Shown one piece after another: positions 19,302 to 30,452 of a stretch of 64,000 nucleotides of DNA. Position 1 is the first letter of the stretch. Each line of letters starts with the position of its first letter. The stretch is from Patescibacteria group bacterium. GTDB lineage: Bacteria; Patescibacteriota; Microgenomatia; UBA1400; PJMF01. The position numbers and the translations under genes are program-made. The notes under the pieces are model-generated. The model ran no database searches. It was not told where the DNA came from and saw only the letters and a program-made list of their open reading frames with translations. The DNA lies in the NCBI GenBank assembly GCA_039934415.1, contig JBDTME010000001.1, positions 49,496-113,495 of the forward strand. The letters are read 5' to 3'.

Positions 19302-20216
19302 TTAATGATTAAGGTTGAAATTATAGCAAAGCTCGACTGCATTCTCAAGTAGAGAGATCACGGTGACAGGACCAACGCCATTGGGCACTGGGGTAATGAA
19401 GTCAGCCAAGGGTGAAACTGTCTCAAAGTCGACGTCACCTTGAGGAAAACCTGCATCTATGACAAGACAATGACGTCCAACCATATCACCACTGATCAGA
19501 TTGTGAATGCCTGTTGAAGAGACAATAGTCTTAAAATCATGGAGTTGTGAAGTAGAAGATGCCAGGGTCTGGAACTCTTTTTGGCCGACAAACTCGATAT
19601 TTTGCCATTTTTGATTTTGCAGTTCATAGAAAAGAGGAGTTCCGAGTAACTCTGATCGACCAACAATCAGCGTTTTTTGTTGACTAATCTCAATATTTAA
19701 CTGTTCTTTGGCTTCACTTAAAATTGCCAAAACTGCTCGACACGTGGCAGGCAGAACGAGTTTTTTTTCCTGCCAGTTCCCTACTTTTATTGACTGAAGT
19801 GTATCTGGATGGAGTCCGTCAATATCCTTTGATTGAGGAATGAGAGAGGTTAAAGAATGCCACCAAGTCCGGAAATCCTCAGCTTTTGAATCTGGTTGGA
19901 GTTCCTTCCAATTTCTACGCCAGGGTTTTTGAATTATGATGCCCGTAATTTGGTCATTTTCAGCAAATGCTCTAACCAACGCTTTAATCTCGTTTAGTGG
20001 TTGCCTGAGAGTAGTTTGGACGATTTCATACTCGATTCCCAATCGATTTGCAACTTGTTTCTTTTCTTGAGAATAAACTAACCCACCCTGATCTTCTAAA
20101 AAGACAAGACAACCCACACTTGGTTTGATGGAAGTTTCTTTTTGAAGTGAGCTAATCTTGTCGACCAAAAGACGTTCCTTTTGTTCCGCAAACTGCTTGC
20201 CATTGAAGATGATCAT
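19302..20216 (-). CDS. folD: Methylenetetrahydrofolate dehydrogenase/cyclohydrolase-like (divergent FolD)
   Basis: C-terminal TPVPNGVGPVTVISLLENAV resembles the FolD TPVPGGVGPMT region. Rossmann region GRSELLG. Confidence 0.7.
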   Translation of the reverse strand: MIIFNGKQFAEQKERLLVDKISSLQKETSIKPSVGCLVFLEDQGGLVYSQEKKQVANRLGIEYEIVQTTLRQPLNEIKALVRAFAENDQITGIIIQKPWRRNWKELQPDSKAEDFRTWWHSLTSLIPQSKDIDGLHPDTLQSIKVGNWQEKKLVLPATCRAVLAILSEAKEQLNIEISQQKTLIVGRSELLGTPLFYELQNQKWQNIEFVGQKEFQTLASSTSQLHDFKTIVSSTGIHNLISGDMVGRHCLVIDAGFPQGDVDFETVSPLADFITPVPNGVGPVTVISLLENAVELCYNFNLNH

Positions 20217-20242
20217 GTGTGCATTATACCAAGAAAACGGAA

Positions 20243-21106
20243 CTAATCGTGAATAAGAGCTTTCAGTCTCTTGATGTTTTCAGCATCTGGCCCTTCTCCG
20301 TCTATTCCAGGCACTTCTAAAATGAGTGGGAGTTTTTTTAGTTGTTCGAGGTTTAGAAAATGAGCGAAATCTTCAGTTGGAATCGAACCCTCACCCAAAT
20401 TGTCGTGACGGTCCTTGTGAGAGGCAAAAGGATCTCGACTATCATTGACATGAATACATTTTAGCTGTGACCATAGTTTGAATTTTTCGATTTTTTCTTC
20501 AATGATCCCAATTGCTCCTTCAGTCACAGAAGATTTTGGATTTAGCTGGTACCCAGCAGAAAACGCATGACAGGTATCAAAGCACCACCCTAACCGTGAT
20601 GATTTAATCTGGTCCATCAGCCAACGGATATCAGCTAAGTTTGTTGTGAGTTTGCCATTTTGGCCTGCCGAGTTCTCGATCAAAAAAGTTGAGTTCTCAG
20701 GTGTGTTTTTCAAGACTATTTCTATGCCTCTAGCGACCTGTTCTTTATCAGCTTCCCACCCTCTACCTTGATGACTTCCCAAGTGAACCACTACCCCACT
20801 ACCTTTGATGAAACTATCAAAACTGAGTTCAAATGTTAGCGCTTTTATAGATTTCTCGACTTGAGCAGGTACGTTTGACGCTAAGTTAATTAAATAAAGT
20901 GCGTGAGTTACGACAGGCTGAACTTCAAATTCTTTTTGTGCTTTAAAGAATTTCTCAGTATCAAAACTCTCTAGTTTTGGTTTCTGCCAAACCCGAGGGC
21001 TTGCTGAGAAAATCTGTACGCAGTTGGCACCAATACTGTGAGCTCTCTCGATTGCTTTATCAATTCCTCCAGCGGCTGAAACGTGTGCTCCTACTTTACG
21101 AGACAT
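20243..21106 (-). CDS. nfo: Endonuclease IV (AP endonuclease family 2)
   Basis: Typical Nfo N-terminus (GAHVSAAGG) and metal-binding His/Asp/Glu pattern. Confidence 0.9.
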   Translation of the reverse strand: MSRKVGAHVSAAGGIDKAIERAHSIGANCVQIFSASPRVWQKPKLESFDTEKFFKAQKEFEVQPVVTHALYLINLASNVPAQVEKSIKALTFELSFDSFIKGSGVVVHLGSHQGRGWEADKEQVARGIEIVLKNTPENSTFLIENSAGQNGKLTTNLADIRWLMDQIKSSRLGWCFDTCHAFSAGYQLNPKSSVTEGAIGIIEEKIEKFKLWSQLKCIHVNDSRDPFASHKDRHDNLGEGSIPTEDFAHFLNLEQLKKLPLILEVPGIDGEGPDAENIKRLKALIHD

Positions 21107-21125
21107 ATGTACTCCTCAAGAATTA

Positions 21126-22442
21126 TTATTCCCAAGTAAATAGTGGGAAATTTTTTGTTAACATCTTCACCTCGTCAAAGATATTGAGTAGAAATTTGTC
21201 AGTTTGAATATCCTTCATGTATTGTTTTAAGAATGCTCTGCGTTCTATTTTTTCTTCTGGCAGCTCATGATGTTTGACGTGTTGAGCGACCTGAGCAATC
21301 CAGTGAGCAATGTGTGACATCTCTTTTTCTTTCATGCCACGTGTGGTTACTAAAGGAGTGCCCAATCGTACCCCAGAAGGATAGAATGGTGAAACTGGTT
21401 CATCAGGAATGGTATTTCTATTTGCATATATACCGGCGACATCCATAGCTACAGCTACTTGCTTACCCAAACCGTGTCCCAATGTTGTCAGGTCGACCAA
21501 CATTAAGTGTGTTTCGGTCCCATCACCTACTAACTTTAGTCCTTCATTTTGTAATGCAGCAGCTAGTGCATTTGCATTTTTGCGAATCTGCTGAGCATAT
21601 GTTTTAAATTTAGGTCGCATCGCTTCTTCAGCAGCCAGAGCTATTGCTGCAGTGGTTGCGTTATGCGGTCCACCTTGCAATCCAGGAATAATTGCGGAGT
21701 CAATTTTTTTGCCCAACTTTGGATCACGCTGCAATCCTCTTTCTGTTACCAAGATCATGGCTCCACGTGGACCACGAAATGTCTTGTGTGTGGTGGACAT
21801 AATGACATCAGCATAAGGAACAGGTGATGGATGTTCACCTGCAATCACTAATCCTGTGATGTGAGAAATATCTGTCACAAGCCAAGCTCCAACTTCATCT
21901 GCAATTTCTCGAAAAGCCTTAAAATCTAGAATGAATGGATAGGCAGTGTTGCCTGCGATGATGATTTTAGGTTGATGCTGTTTTGCTAATGTTCTTACTT
22001 GATCGAAATCAATTCGGGCATTTTGATTCAGGCCAAACTGAATACTATTGTAGAAGCGACCGGAAAAGGTCACGTCTGGATGGCCATGAGTCAGGTGACC
22101 ACCAGATGATAACTTTAATCCCATTAACGTATCACCAGGATTCATCAAAGCGAATTCAATAGCAGAGTTAGCTGGTGAACCAGAATACGGTTGTACATTC
22201 ACATAGGGAACATCAAACAATTTTTTGATGCGATCAATTGCCTCGAGTTCAATCAGATCAATGAACTGATTTCCTTCGTAATAGCGAGCTTTGCTGTATC
22301 CTTCTGCGTATTTATTTGACAAGCAACTGCTCAGTACTGAAGACACTTCAGGTGAAGTATTGTTCTCTGAAGGAATGAGTCCAACTTTTTCATGTTGTCT
22401 TTTTTCTTCTTTTTTTATGTAATCGAAAATAAGGTCTGTCAT
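21126..22442 (-). CDS. glyA: Serine hydroxymethyltransferase
   Basis: SGGHLTHG motif and PLP-lysine region STTHKTFRGPRG. Confidence 0.95.
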   Translation of the reverse strand: MTDLIFDYIKKEEKRQHEKVGLIPSENNTSPEVSSVLSSCLSNKYAEGYSKARYYEGNQFIDLIELEAIDRIKKLFDVPYVNVQPYSGSPANSAIEFALMNPGDTLMGLKLSSGGHLTHGHPDVTFSGRFYNSIQFGLNQNARIDFDQVRTLAKQHQPKIIIAGNTAYPFILDFKAFREIADEVGAWLVTDISHITGLVIAGEHPSPVPYADVIMSTTHKTFRGPRGAMILVTERGLQRDPKLGKKIDSAIIPGLQGGPHNATTAAIALAAEEAMRPKFKTYAQQIRKNANALAAALQNEGLKLVGDGTETHLMLVDLTTLGHGLGKQVAVAMDVAGIYANRNTIPDEPVSPFYPSGVRLGTPLVTTRGMKEKEMSHIAHWIAQVAQHVKHHELPEEKIERRAFLKQYMKDIQTDKFLLNIFDEVKMLTKNFPLFTWE

Positions 22443-22552
22443 AGATATAAGAAATTAGGTTGTTAATAAGTAGTATATGGAAAAGAAACTTCGGGACAAG
22501 CAGGAGAGTTAGTTAAAGAGTGGAGCGGAGGGTGGCAAAAGCAAAAGCAGAT

Positions 22553-23161
22553 TTAATCATGTTTGCTCCATTGCGATAAGTAAAATTGAGTTTGCTCCTG
22601 TGGCAAACCGATCTCATTAAGGTGGATTTGAATTTTGTCTGTATCCATTCCTTTTGCTGACCACATATTGGCGAGTTCAAGAGTTGTCTCTCTGAGCTCA
22701 TTTGGAAAAACAATCCAAGCACTAACCTCTCGAACAAAGAAATCTGGTGTGATGCTAGTTTTTGGTTTATAAAAAAAGGCCGCAGTCTTCACAGAAGCCA
22801 CCCCACGATGCTTGAGATACTCAAGAGCTGTTTCCATGGTTCTGCCGGAATCAACTAAATCATCGAACAATAAAACTTTTTCATTTTTTAACGAAACAGG
22901 AATACTTTGAGTGATGACAGGCATAGTATTTGTCGAATTAATACTATTGTAAAACTCTATATGCAAAGAACTTACATCTTCGATGTTTAGGTAATCCACT
23001 AGCGAACGAGAAAAAGTTAAACCACCTTTTGCCAATGCAATCACCCGGTCAAACTGCTCACCGCTTTCAATAATCTTTTTTGCCAACTCAAAAATATCCT
23101 GACCGAGTTCCGCCCAGTTTTGAAATTGATAAGAAATGTCATTGATTTTAATTGCTGTCAT
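22553..23161 (-). CDS. Type I phosphoribosyltransferase family protein (purine-salvage-like)
   Basis: PRPP-binding motif VLLFDDLVDSGRTM. About 200 aa. Confidence 0.6.
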   Translation of the reverse strand: MTAIKINDISYQFQNWAELGQDIFELAKKIIESGEQFDRVIALAKGGLTFSRSLVDYLNIEDVSSLHIEFYNSINSTNTMPVITQSIPVSLKNEKVLLFDDLVDSGRTMETALEYLKHRGVASVKTAAFFYKPKTSITPDFFVREVSAWIVFPNELRETTLELANMWSAKGMDTDKIQIHLNEIGLPQEQTQFYLSQWSKHD

Positions 23162-24861
23162 GCTGTTTTTTTCTCAGCTGCTTTTAAGAACTCTACAAAC
23201 ATGGCATGGGGTTTGAGTGGTCTTGACTTGTACTCAGGGTGAGCTTGGGTGGCTATAAAGAATGGATGCATGCTCTTTGGTAACTCTATCATCTCAACGA
23301 AAAAATCGTCAGGTGAAGTTCCACTGATAATAAAACCTTTCTCTTCTAAAATTTTTCGGTAAGCGTTGTTGAACTCAAATCGATGACGGTGTCGTTCTGA
23401 AACGAGTTGCTTAGCAGCATCTTTGAATTGTTTATGCTTTTGATAGATTTCGTAAACAAGTGTGCCTTTTTTGACTACGCAGTCGTATGCTCCTAAACGC
23501 ATGCTGGCACCATTCCCTTTGATTTTCTGATAGTGCGGATCGAATGGAATAGCATGAATGATTGGATCTGGTGTTTTAGGGTTTACTTCTTCTGTGTGTG
23601 CTTCTTTGAGTCCTACCACGTTGCGCGCAAATTCTACTGCCGCGAGTTGCATACCGTAGCAAAGTCCTAAATAAGGTACCTTGTGTTCACGAGCATACTT
23701 AATCGCTGCAATCTTTCCCTCTACACCTCTACTCCCCCAGCCGATTGGGCAAATAATTCCATCAACCCTTGAGAGTTCTTTTTTTGCTTGAGGATCTTTT
23801 TTTTCTAGTTTTTCGGCGTTGATGAATTTAATATTGAGTTTGACTGAATTTTGCCAGCTGGCATGATTGAGTGCTTCAATTAAAGAATGATATGAGTCGA
23901 TTAATTCAAAATCTCCAGTTGAAATATACTTAGCGATAATTCCAATTGTTATTTCTTGCGTTTTGTCTGAATGAATCTTATCTACGAGTTTTCGCCAAGG
24001 TTTAAATTCACCATTCAATTTCTTTGATTTGAGATGCAATTTTTCTAAAACTAGTTCATCAAATCTTTGTTGTTGAAAAACGAGTGGCAGTTCATAAATA
24101 GAATCAAGATCGGGATTTGAGATGACATCTTCTTTATTCAAATTACAATAGAAGGCTACTTTTTCTTTGCGTTTATCATCGATCATGGTTTGAGCTCGAC
24201 CAACGACAAAGTCAGGTTGGATACCCATTGAGTTAAGCAGCTTGACTGATAATTGAGTTGGTTTGGACTTGAGTTCATGGATATGCTCTGGTGAAGGGAA
24301 ATATGTGACGTGAGCATGCAACACATCTTTAGGCTGTCTTAGCTTCATCATTCTATACGTTTCATAGTAGATAGCGTTTTGATACTCGCCGGCAGTTCCT
24401 CCGAGCTCGACCAAAATGATATCGTATCCTTTAGCCGTATTTTTAATTCGACGAATGACTTCTTCTGGAATATACGGAATAGCATCTACCGTTGCACCGT
24501 CAAAAGTTAGATTTTTGGTGTCTTCAATCACTTTGAGGTAGACTTGTCCCATCGTAGTGAAATTGCGGTTCCCCACATTTTCGTCAAGGAATCGTTCGTA
24601 AGAACCAAGGTCGAGGTCAGCCTCCAAACCATCTTCGCATAAGAAAACGTCACCGTGTTCGATAGGGTTAATGTTGCCAGAATCTAAGTTAAGGTAATTC
24701 TCACACTTAATGTTAGTTACAGAATAGCCTTGTGCCTTCAATAACACACCCAAAGAAGCTGCAGTCACACCCTTACCAAGACCGGAGAGGACTCCTCCTG
24801 AGATGAAAATATACTTGGGTGAATTGCTTGATTGTGGGGGATTTTTTCCATGAAGACTCAT
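23158..24861 (-). CDS. pyrG: CTP synthase
   Basis: N-terminal GGVLSGLGKG and C-terminal glutamine amidotransferase region GLCYGMQL...H. Confidence 0.95.
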   Translation of the reverse strand: MSLHGKNPPQSSNSPKYIFISGGVLSGLGKGVTAASLGVLLKAQGYSVTNIKCENYLNLDSGNINPIEHGDVFLCEDGLEADLDLGSYERFLDENVGNRNFTTMGQVYLKVIEDTKNLTFDGATVDAIPYIPEEVIRRIKNTAKGYDIILVELGGTAGEYQNAIYYETYRMMKLRQPKDVLHAHVTYFPSPEHIHELKSKPTQLSVKLLNSMGIQPDFVVGRAQTMIDDKRKEKVAFYCNLNKEDVISNPDLDSIYELPLVFQQQRFDELVLEKLHLKSKKLNGEFKPWRKLVDKIHSDKTQEITIGIIAKYISTGDFELIDSYHSLIEALNHASWQNSVKLNIKFINAEKLEKKDPQAKKELSRVDGIICPIGWGSRGVEGKIAAIKYAREHKVPYLGLCYGMQLAAVEFARNVVGLKEAHTEEVNPKTPDPIIHAIPFDPHYQKIKGNGASMRLGAYDCVVKKGTLVYEIYQKHKQFKDAAKQLVSERHRHRFEFNNAYRKILEEKGFIISGTSPDDFFVEMIELPKSMHPFFIATQAHPEYKSRPLKPHAMFVEFLKAAEKKTA

Positions 24862-24909
24862 GGGAATATATTGTATGACAGTGTGTCATGAGTGTCTAGG
24901 GCGAGTTTA

Positions 24910-27900
24910 CTATTGAAGTAAATCTGAGATCTGTTTCTCAAGTTTCTCTGACCAGCCTACGGTATATGGGAGCATGATCTTCTTGGGGACATCTCCATTG
25001 GGAATGATCAAAGTGACTTGATGCTCACCTTCATTTGATTTCAACATTGCACCTAGTTTTTGCAATGTTTCTTTCTCTGTTTTCCGAGGTATAAAAATTT
25101 CATGACGGAGGTCTTCTGGTACTGCTTCCAGCATAATTTCTTCAGGAATAGAAATTTTTTCAGCCATTAACTGCAGTTCGTCATCTCGTGAATCTACTTT
25201 TGCTTTCATGAGTAAAACCGTCTCATTTTTTAAATACAATTCAAACTCTTTAAAAAGTTTAGGGAACACAACGAATCGAATTTTTCCAGTCTGATCATTG
25301 AATGTTCCAAAACACATTTTTTCGGCTTTCTTTTTTGTGAGGACAAGCTTGAAATCAGAAATAAATCCGCCGAACAAAAATGTTTGTCCAACGTGAATAT
25401 GCTGATCTAAATCACCAATAAACTTGTTTGCTTGTGTTGAAACGTTTTTAAGAGCTTTGCCCATTGGATGGTCTGTCAGATAAATGCCCAACAGTTCTTT
25501 CTCAAATGAAAGCAGTTCTTGTTTGGGGAATTCTGGGAGTTTAGGAAAAGTATCTTTAACTTCACGAACGTCTTGTCCTTGATTGGCAAATAATGTGTCT
25601 TGACCTTCTTCATCAGATTGGAATTGAGTGGCCTTTGTCCTGATTTCGTCTAATTGTGTGAGCATAGAAGAGCGCGTCGCAAAATGATCAAAAGCTCCCA
25701 CTTTAATTAAACTTTCCAAAACTTTCTTATTTACTTTTCGGCTTTCAGTACGCATTAAGAATTCGGTGAAAGATCTAAATTTTCCTTCAGCTCTTTTTTC
25801 AATAATGTGTTCAATGGCTGCTGAACCTACATTTTTGATTGCGCGTAGGCCAAAACGAATCGCACTGTTTCCTACAGATTTTTCGTTTGCCTCAATGGTG
25901 AAGTTTTCATCAGAATTATTAATATCAGGAGCAAGAACGAGAATGCCAAGTTCCTTACACTCTTGAATCCCTTGCTCCACTTTTAACTCGCGATTGGCGC
26001 TATTTGCAGTGGCTTCGATTGACAACATGGCGCACATATACTCAACAGGGAAATTAACTTTCATGTAGCCAGTCTGATACGAGATCATGGCATACCCAGC
26101 ACTATGTGCCTTTCCAAATCCGTATCCAGCAAATTTCTCGATAAATCCCCAAACCTGATCAATTGTTTTTTGATCGTAACCGAGTTTTTTTGCACCAATC
26201 TCAAACTTCTTCTTTTCTGCCATCATAATTTCAATTTTCTTTTTCCCAATTGCGCGTCTCAATTCATCCGCTTGTCCCAATGAGAATCCAGCCATGACAT
26301 TGGCAACCTGTAGACACTGTTCTTGGTATAACAAAATTCCGTATGTGTCTTTTAGAATGGGTTTCAGATTTTCATGAGGATACTTAATCGCATTTGGTTG
26401 GAGCTTTCCCTGCACAAAAGCATCAATAAGGTCCATAGGGCCAGGTCGATACAGCGCAACCATAGCTGTTAAATCGGAAAAAACTGAAGGGCGTAAACTT
26501 CGTGCGAGGCGGCGCATACCAGGTGATTCCATTTGAAAGATTCCTGTAGTTTGACCCTGTGCAATCATGTCGTAGACTTTTTTATCGGTCAGTGCAATGT
26601 TTTGTAAATCAATTTCTTTCCCTTGTGTTTTTTTGACGACCCGAATTGCTTCTTCTAAAATGGATAAATTCCGTAATCCTAGAAAGTCCATCTTCATCAA
26701 ACCAATTGCATCAGGACTAATATTCAAGTCCAATACTTTCATATCGTATTGGGTGACTATTTTTCCTGACTTACTGTCTTTCTGGATTGGAGTGTACTCA
26801 GTCAGATCCTTGTCAGCGATGATGACGCCAGCAGCATGAACACTGGTATGGCGTGCATTTCCTTCTACTCCCATTGCCAGATCAATCAATTTTTTGTACT
26901 TTGGATCTTGATAATAGGTAGCCAGTTCTGGAACAGATTTGAGAGCATCTTTGATGTGAACAGTATGTCCTTGGTACGGTTCTGGAATCAGTTTAGCGAT
27001 ATGATCTGCTTCGGTATAATCAAAACCAAGTACTCGCCCTATGTCACGAATTGCAGCTTTACTTTCCATGCGCCCAAACGTGATGATCTGTGCCACTTTA
27101 TCCGCACCAAATTTATGTGTGACATATTGGATGACTTCTTCGCGACGTGTATCTGCAAAATCAATATCAATATCAGGCGTTGAAGCACGTTCTGGGTTCA
27201 TAAACCGTTCAAATGGCAGATCGTGAACGATTGGATCTATCGAAGTGATGTTCAGTGAGTACGAGAGAAGTGAACCAGCTGCACTACCGCGACCTGGACC
27301 TACAAATATACCTTGATTTTTGGCCCAGCTAACGAAATCTTGTACGATCAAAAAATAAGTGAGATATCCTTTATCAGCGATCACATCAATTTCGTAATTG
27401 AGACGTTTAGCTATTTTTATGAGCGGTTTTTCATCCACAGGAATTTCTGCCCAAGGTTGTCCCTTAGTGCTGGTTGCCAGTGCTGAAACACCGGGGTAAA
27501 ACTTTTCAAGTCGCTCAAACGCCAGTGACTTCACATATGTTTCAGTCGTTTCTCCTTCTGGAATATCGTAATGAGGAAAAATGACTTTACCTAATGGAAT
27601 TTCAAGATGACATTGGTCTGCGATTTTGATTGTATTTTCAATCGCGTCTGGGTATTTAGAAAAAGCCTGAATCATTTCCTCACTCGATTTGATGTAATAA
27701 TCAGGCGAAGCCATCATCGTCATGCGGTTGGTGTCACTAACCAATCTCCTCGTTTGAATACAAAGCAAAGCGTCCTGAGCTTCTGCATCTTGAGGATGTA
27801 CGTAGTGATTGTCATTAGTAGCAACTAAAGGGATACCAAGCTCTCTACTCAATTTAATGAGTTGTTCTGTGAGTGGTGCAAGTTCCGGTATTAAAGGGTG

Positions 27901-28425
27901 ATTTTGAACTTCTATATAAAATCTGCCTTCAAATTTTTCATAGTATTGAGTCATTTTCTGCTTAGCTTCTTCAACTTTGTCATTACGAATTAAGTTATTA
28001 AAAAGACTAGACATACAACCACTTGTTGCAATGACACCTTTACTATGTTGAAACAAAATCTCTTCATCGATTCGAGGCTTGTATGAGAAACCTTCTAAGT
28101 AGGCTGCACTAGTCAGTTTCATCAGATTTCGATAACCATCAAAATCAGCAGCTAACAATGTGATGTGAAATTGATCTGTGCCAGGACGCGACTGTTTATT
28201 GAAGCGAGATTCTTTGGCCAAGTACGCTTCCAAACCTACAATGGGTTTGAGACCTAGTGCTTTGGATTTATTATAGAAATGAACAGCACCATGCATCGCA
28301 CCATGATCGGTTAATGCCAAAGCTGGCTGACCAAGCTCCTGAATACGATGCAACATATCCGGAATTTTGCTCAAACCGTCGAGCAGAGAGTATTCAGAAT
28401 GGTTATGGAGATGGACAAAGGACAT
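24910..28425 (-). CDS. dnaE: DNA polymerase III alpha subunit
   Basis: 1171 aa. N-terminal PHP domain (HLHNHSEYSLLDG) and the polymerase core. Confidence 0.95.
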   Translation of the reverse strand: MSFVHLHNHSEYSLLDGLSKIPDMLHRIQELGQPALALTDHGAMHGAVHFYNKSKALGLKPIVGLEAYLAKESRFNKQSRPGTDQFHITLLAADFDGYRNLMKLTSAAYLEGFSYKPRIDEEILFQHSKGVIATSGCMSSLFNNLIRNDKVEEAKQKMTQYYEKFEGRFYIEVQNHPLIPELAPLTEQLIKLSRELGIPLVATNDNHYVHPQDAEAQDALLCIQTRRLVSDTNRMTMMASPDYYIKSSEEMIQAFSKYPDAIENTIKIADQCHLEIPLGKVIFPHYDIPEGETTETYVKSLAFERLEKFYPGVSALATSTKGQPWAEIPVDEKPLIKIAKRLNYEIDVIADKGYLTYFLIVQDFVSWAKNQGIFVGPGRGSAAGSLLSYSLNITSIDPIVHDLPFERFMNPERASTPDIDIDFADTRREEVIQYVTHKFGADKVAQIITFGRMESKAAIRDIGRVLGFDYTEADHIAKLIPEPYQGHTVHIKDALKSVPELATYYQDPKYKKLIDLAMGVEGNARHTSVHAAGVIIADKDLTEYTPIQKDSKSGKIVTQYDMKVLDLNISPDAIGLMKMDFLGLRNLSILEEAIRVVKKTQGKEIDLQNIALTDKKVYDMIAQGQTTGIFQMESPGMRRLARSLRPSVFSDLTAMVALYRPGPMDLIDAFVQGKLQPNAIKYPHENLKPILKDTYGILLYQEQCLQVANVMAGFSLGQADELRRAIGKKKIEIMMAEKKKFEIGAKKLGYDQKTIDQVWGFIEKFAGYGFGKAHSAGYAMISYQTGYMKVNFPVEYMCAMLSIEATANSANRELKVEQGIQECKELGILVLAPDINNSDENFTIEANEKSVGNSAIRFGLRAIKNVGSAAIEHIIEKRAEGKFRSFTEFLMRTESRKVNKKVLESLIKVGAFDHFATRSSMLTQLDEIRTKATQFQSDEEGQDTLFANQGQDVREVKDTFPKLPEFPKQELLSFEKELLGIYLTDHPMGKALKNVSTQANKFIGDLDQHIHVGQTFLFGGFISDFKLVLTKKKAEKMCFGTFNDQTGKIRFVVFPKLFKEFELYLKNETVLLMKAKVDSRDDELQLMAEKISIPEEIMLEAVPEDLRHEIFIPRKTEKETLQKLGAMLKSNEGEHQVTLIIPNGDVPKKIMLPYTVGWSEKLEKQISDLLQ

Positions 28426-28435
28426 TTGATTGATT

Positions 28436-28633
28436 CTACAGTAAGTGGTGGTTTTTTAGAGTAAGTAAATACACTTGCAAATCAAAATAAAAATCGGCCT
28501 CATTTTCAATAGAAACATCTTTAGGAGTTTCATTCTCTGGTATCCAACTAAAAAGAGTGCCTCTAACAACGAAGTAGGTGAATAAAGCAAGCCACAGCCT
28601 GTCTTTTTTAGGTTCTTTTAAGAATTCAAGCAT
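28436..28633 (-). CDS. Possible small protein (65 aa); may be non-coding
   Basis: Short ORF between gatB and dnaE. Its start overlaps the gatB stop. No homology clue. Confidence 0.25.
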   Translation of the reverse strand: MLEFLKEPKKDRLWLALFTYFVVRGTLFSWIPENETPKDVSIENEADFYFDLQVYLLTLKNHHLL

Positions 28634-29958
28634 TAACTTAGGTGTTTTTGGATTGCTTGTTGTACTATTTTGGGATCAATTTTTTTACCTATTTTCTTCA
28701 TGACTTGGCCGATTAAAAATCCCAGAATCTGGGTCTTTCCGGCTTGATAATCACTGACTGCTTTTGATTGCTCAGAAAGCACTTCTAGAATGACGGTGTT
28801 AAGTTCTTCTGTATCAACTTCATCCACTTGTGTGAGCTCTTGATACTTCGCAATGAGTTTTTCGGGATCGTTTAACAAATCATTACTGAGCTTTTTATTT
28901 ACAACAAGATTTGCAATATGATTTGTTTCTAATTTTTTTGTTTGAGTGATTGTAATTATTTTTTCAAATTGTCTGGCTAATTCTGGAGTGTCGGCTAAGA
29001 CAGTCGTGTACTTTTCTTCTATGCCAAACTCTTTCTTCCAGCGAATTTGTAGCTGCTTTGGAAGTTCTGGCAGTTCTAATTTCCACTGATCAATTTGTAC
29101 TTTAGTAAATTGAAGTGGTGGTAGATCTGGATCTGGAAAGTAACGATAATCTTCGGCATCTTCCTTCGTGCGTTGAGAAAAAGTGGCATTTTGAGCTTCA
29201 CTCCAGCCACGAGTTTCTTGTGCAGGTGTTTCACCTTTCTCTAGGATTTTAGTTTGTCTCTCAATTTCAAAATTAATGGCTTTTTCTAGGAAGCCAAAGG
29301 AATTAATGTTTTTTACTTCAGCTTTATAGTTAGGTAGTACGTTGGCGTTCTTTGATAAAGAAATATTAGCTTCCAGGCGTAGACTGCCTTGTTCCATGTT
29401 GCAGTCAGAAATGTCTAAGTATCGCAAAATTTGACGGAGTTTTTTCCCATACTCTTTAGCATGTCTAGCAGAGTGAATATCGGGTTCTGTTACAATCTCC
29501 ACGAGTGGGACACTACTGCGGTTAAAATCGATAAGACTCACTTTTTTGCCATTAATCGTTGTATGTTGTAACTTTCCGGTGTCTTCTTCCAAGTGAATTC
29601 TGCGGATTCGGACGGGTCCTTCTTCTGTTTCCAAAATGCCATTTATACAGAATGGCAAGTCATATTGGCTAATTTGATAACCTTTTGGTAAGTCTGGGTA
29701 AAAGTAATTCTTCCGATCAAACTTAGAAAATAAATTAATTTCGCAACCCAGGGCCAATCCAAGTTTAATGGTCCACTCAATCGCCTTTTTATTAGCAAAC
29801 GGTAAAGCACCAGGTAAGCCTAAACATACTGGGCACGTGTAAATATTAGGTTTTTTAGCGTGAAAAGGATCATTTTTGCATCCACAGAACATTTTAGACT
29901 GAGTTTTTAGCTCAGCATGAGTTTCCATGCCAATGATAGGAATGAGTTGAGATGACAT
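28633..29958 (-). CDS. gatB: Asp/Glu-tRNA amidotransferase subunit B
   Basis: N-terminal IGMETHAEL...CGC...CPVCLGLPGALP, typical of GatB. Confidence 0.95.
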   Translation of the reverse strand: MSSQLIPIIGMETHAELKTQSKMFCGCKNDPFHAKKPNIYTCPVCLGLPGALPFANKKAIEWTIKLGLALGCEINLFSKFDRKNYFYPDLPKGYQISQYDLPFCINGILETEEGPVRIRRIHLEEDTGKLQHTTINGKKVSLIDFNRSSVPLVEIVTEPDIHSARHAKEYGKKLRQILRYLDISDCNMEQGSLRLEANISLSKNANVLPNYKAEVKNINSFGFLEKAINFEIERQTKILEKGETPAQETRGWSEAQNATFSQRTKEDAEDYRYFPDPDLPPLQFTKVQIDQWKLELPELPKQLQIRWKKEFGIEEKYTTVLADTPELARQFEKIITITQTKKLETNHIANLVVNKKLSNDLLNDPEKLIAKYQELTQVDEVDTEELNTVILEVLSEQSKAVSDYQAGKTQILGFLIGQVMKKIGKKIDPKIVQQAIQKHLS

Positions 29959-29960
29959 AC

Positions 29961-30452
29961 CTAGAATACCTTTATCTGATCATTTAAGTCGGAAATTGAC
30001 ACATTTGTTTCAGTTTTTTTATTTTTTATATAAAGTTCTAAATCCTTTTTTATACCTGGGACTGTCATCATATCAATAGCTGCTTCTGGTTCTACCCACA
30101 TGAATTCTGAATGTTCTTCTGAAACTCTGGGTTTTTTTTCGCTTGTTTCGCAAACGAAAGTAAAACCATAAAGCTCTGTATCTTCGTGTTTATTCCCTCT
30201 ATAAATGTGCCAAATCCGATTCAATTTTTTAATTATAAGATCTTGGATGCCGGTTTCTTCCATTACTTCCCTTTTTAAACCTGTAATAAGTTCTTCATGG
30301 TGATTAATTCTTCCGTAGATCATTTCCCAAGTTCCATGTTTTATTTCACGCGTATCGCGTTTTCCTAATAAAATTTTGTTTGTTCCTTTAAGTTCGATAA
30401 TAGCTCCAACTCCAATCATGAATGAGCCAATTTTTCTACTTTGATCTCTCAT
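29961..30452 (-). CDS. NUDIX hydrolase
   Basis: Nudix box GRINHHEELITGLKREVMEETGI (GX5EX7REUXEEXGU). Confidence 0.75.
   Translation of the reverse strand: MRDQSRKIGSFMIGVGAIIELKGTNKILLGKRDTREIKHGTWEMIYGRINHHEELITGLKREVMEETGIQDLIIKKLNRIWHIYRGNKHEDTELYGFTFVCETSEKKPRVSEEHSEFMWVEPEAAIDMMTVPGIKKDLELYIKNKKTETNVSISDLNDQIKVF

Noticed and set aside
22443-22552. Possible riboswitch/T-box in the spacer upstream of glyA
   Set aside because: No T-box consensus, no terminator hairpin with U-run, and no recognisable structure on reading the minus-strand sense.
26597-27226. Several 60-115 aa plus-strand ORFs
   Set aside because: All lie inside dnaE on the opposite strand. Spurious.
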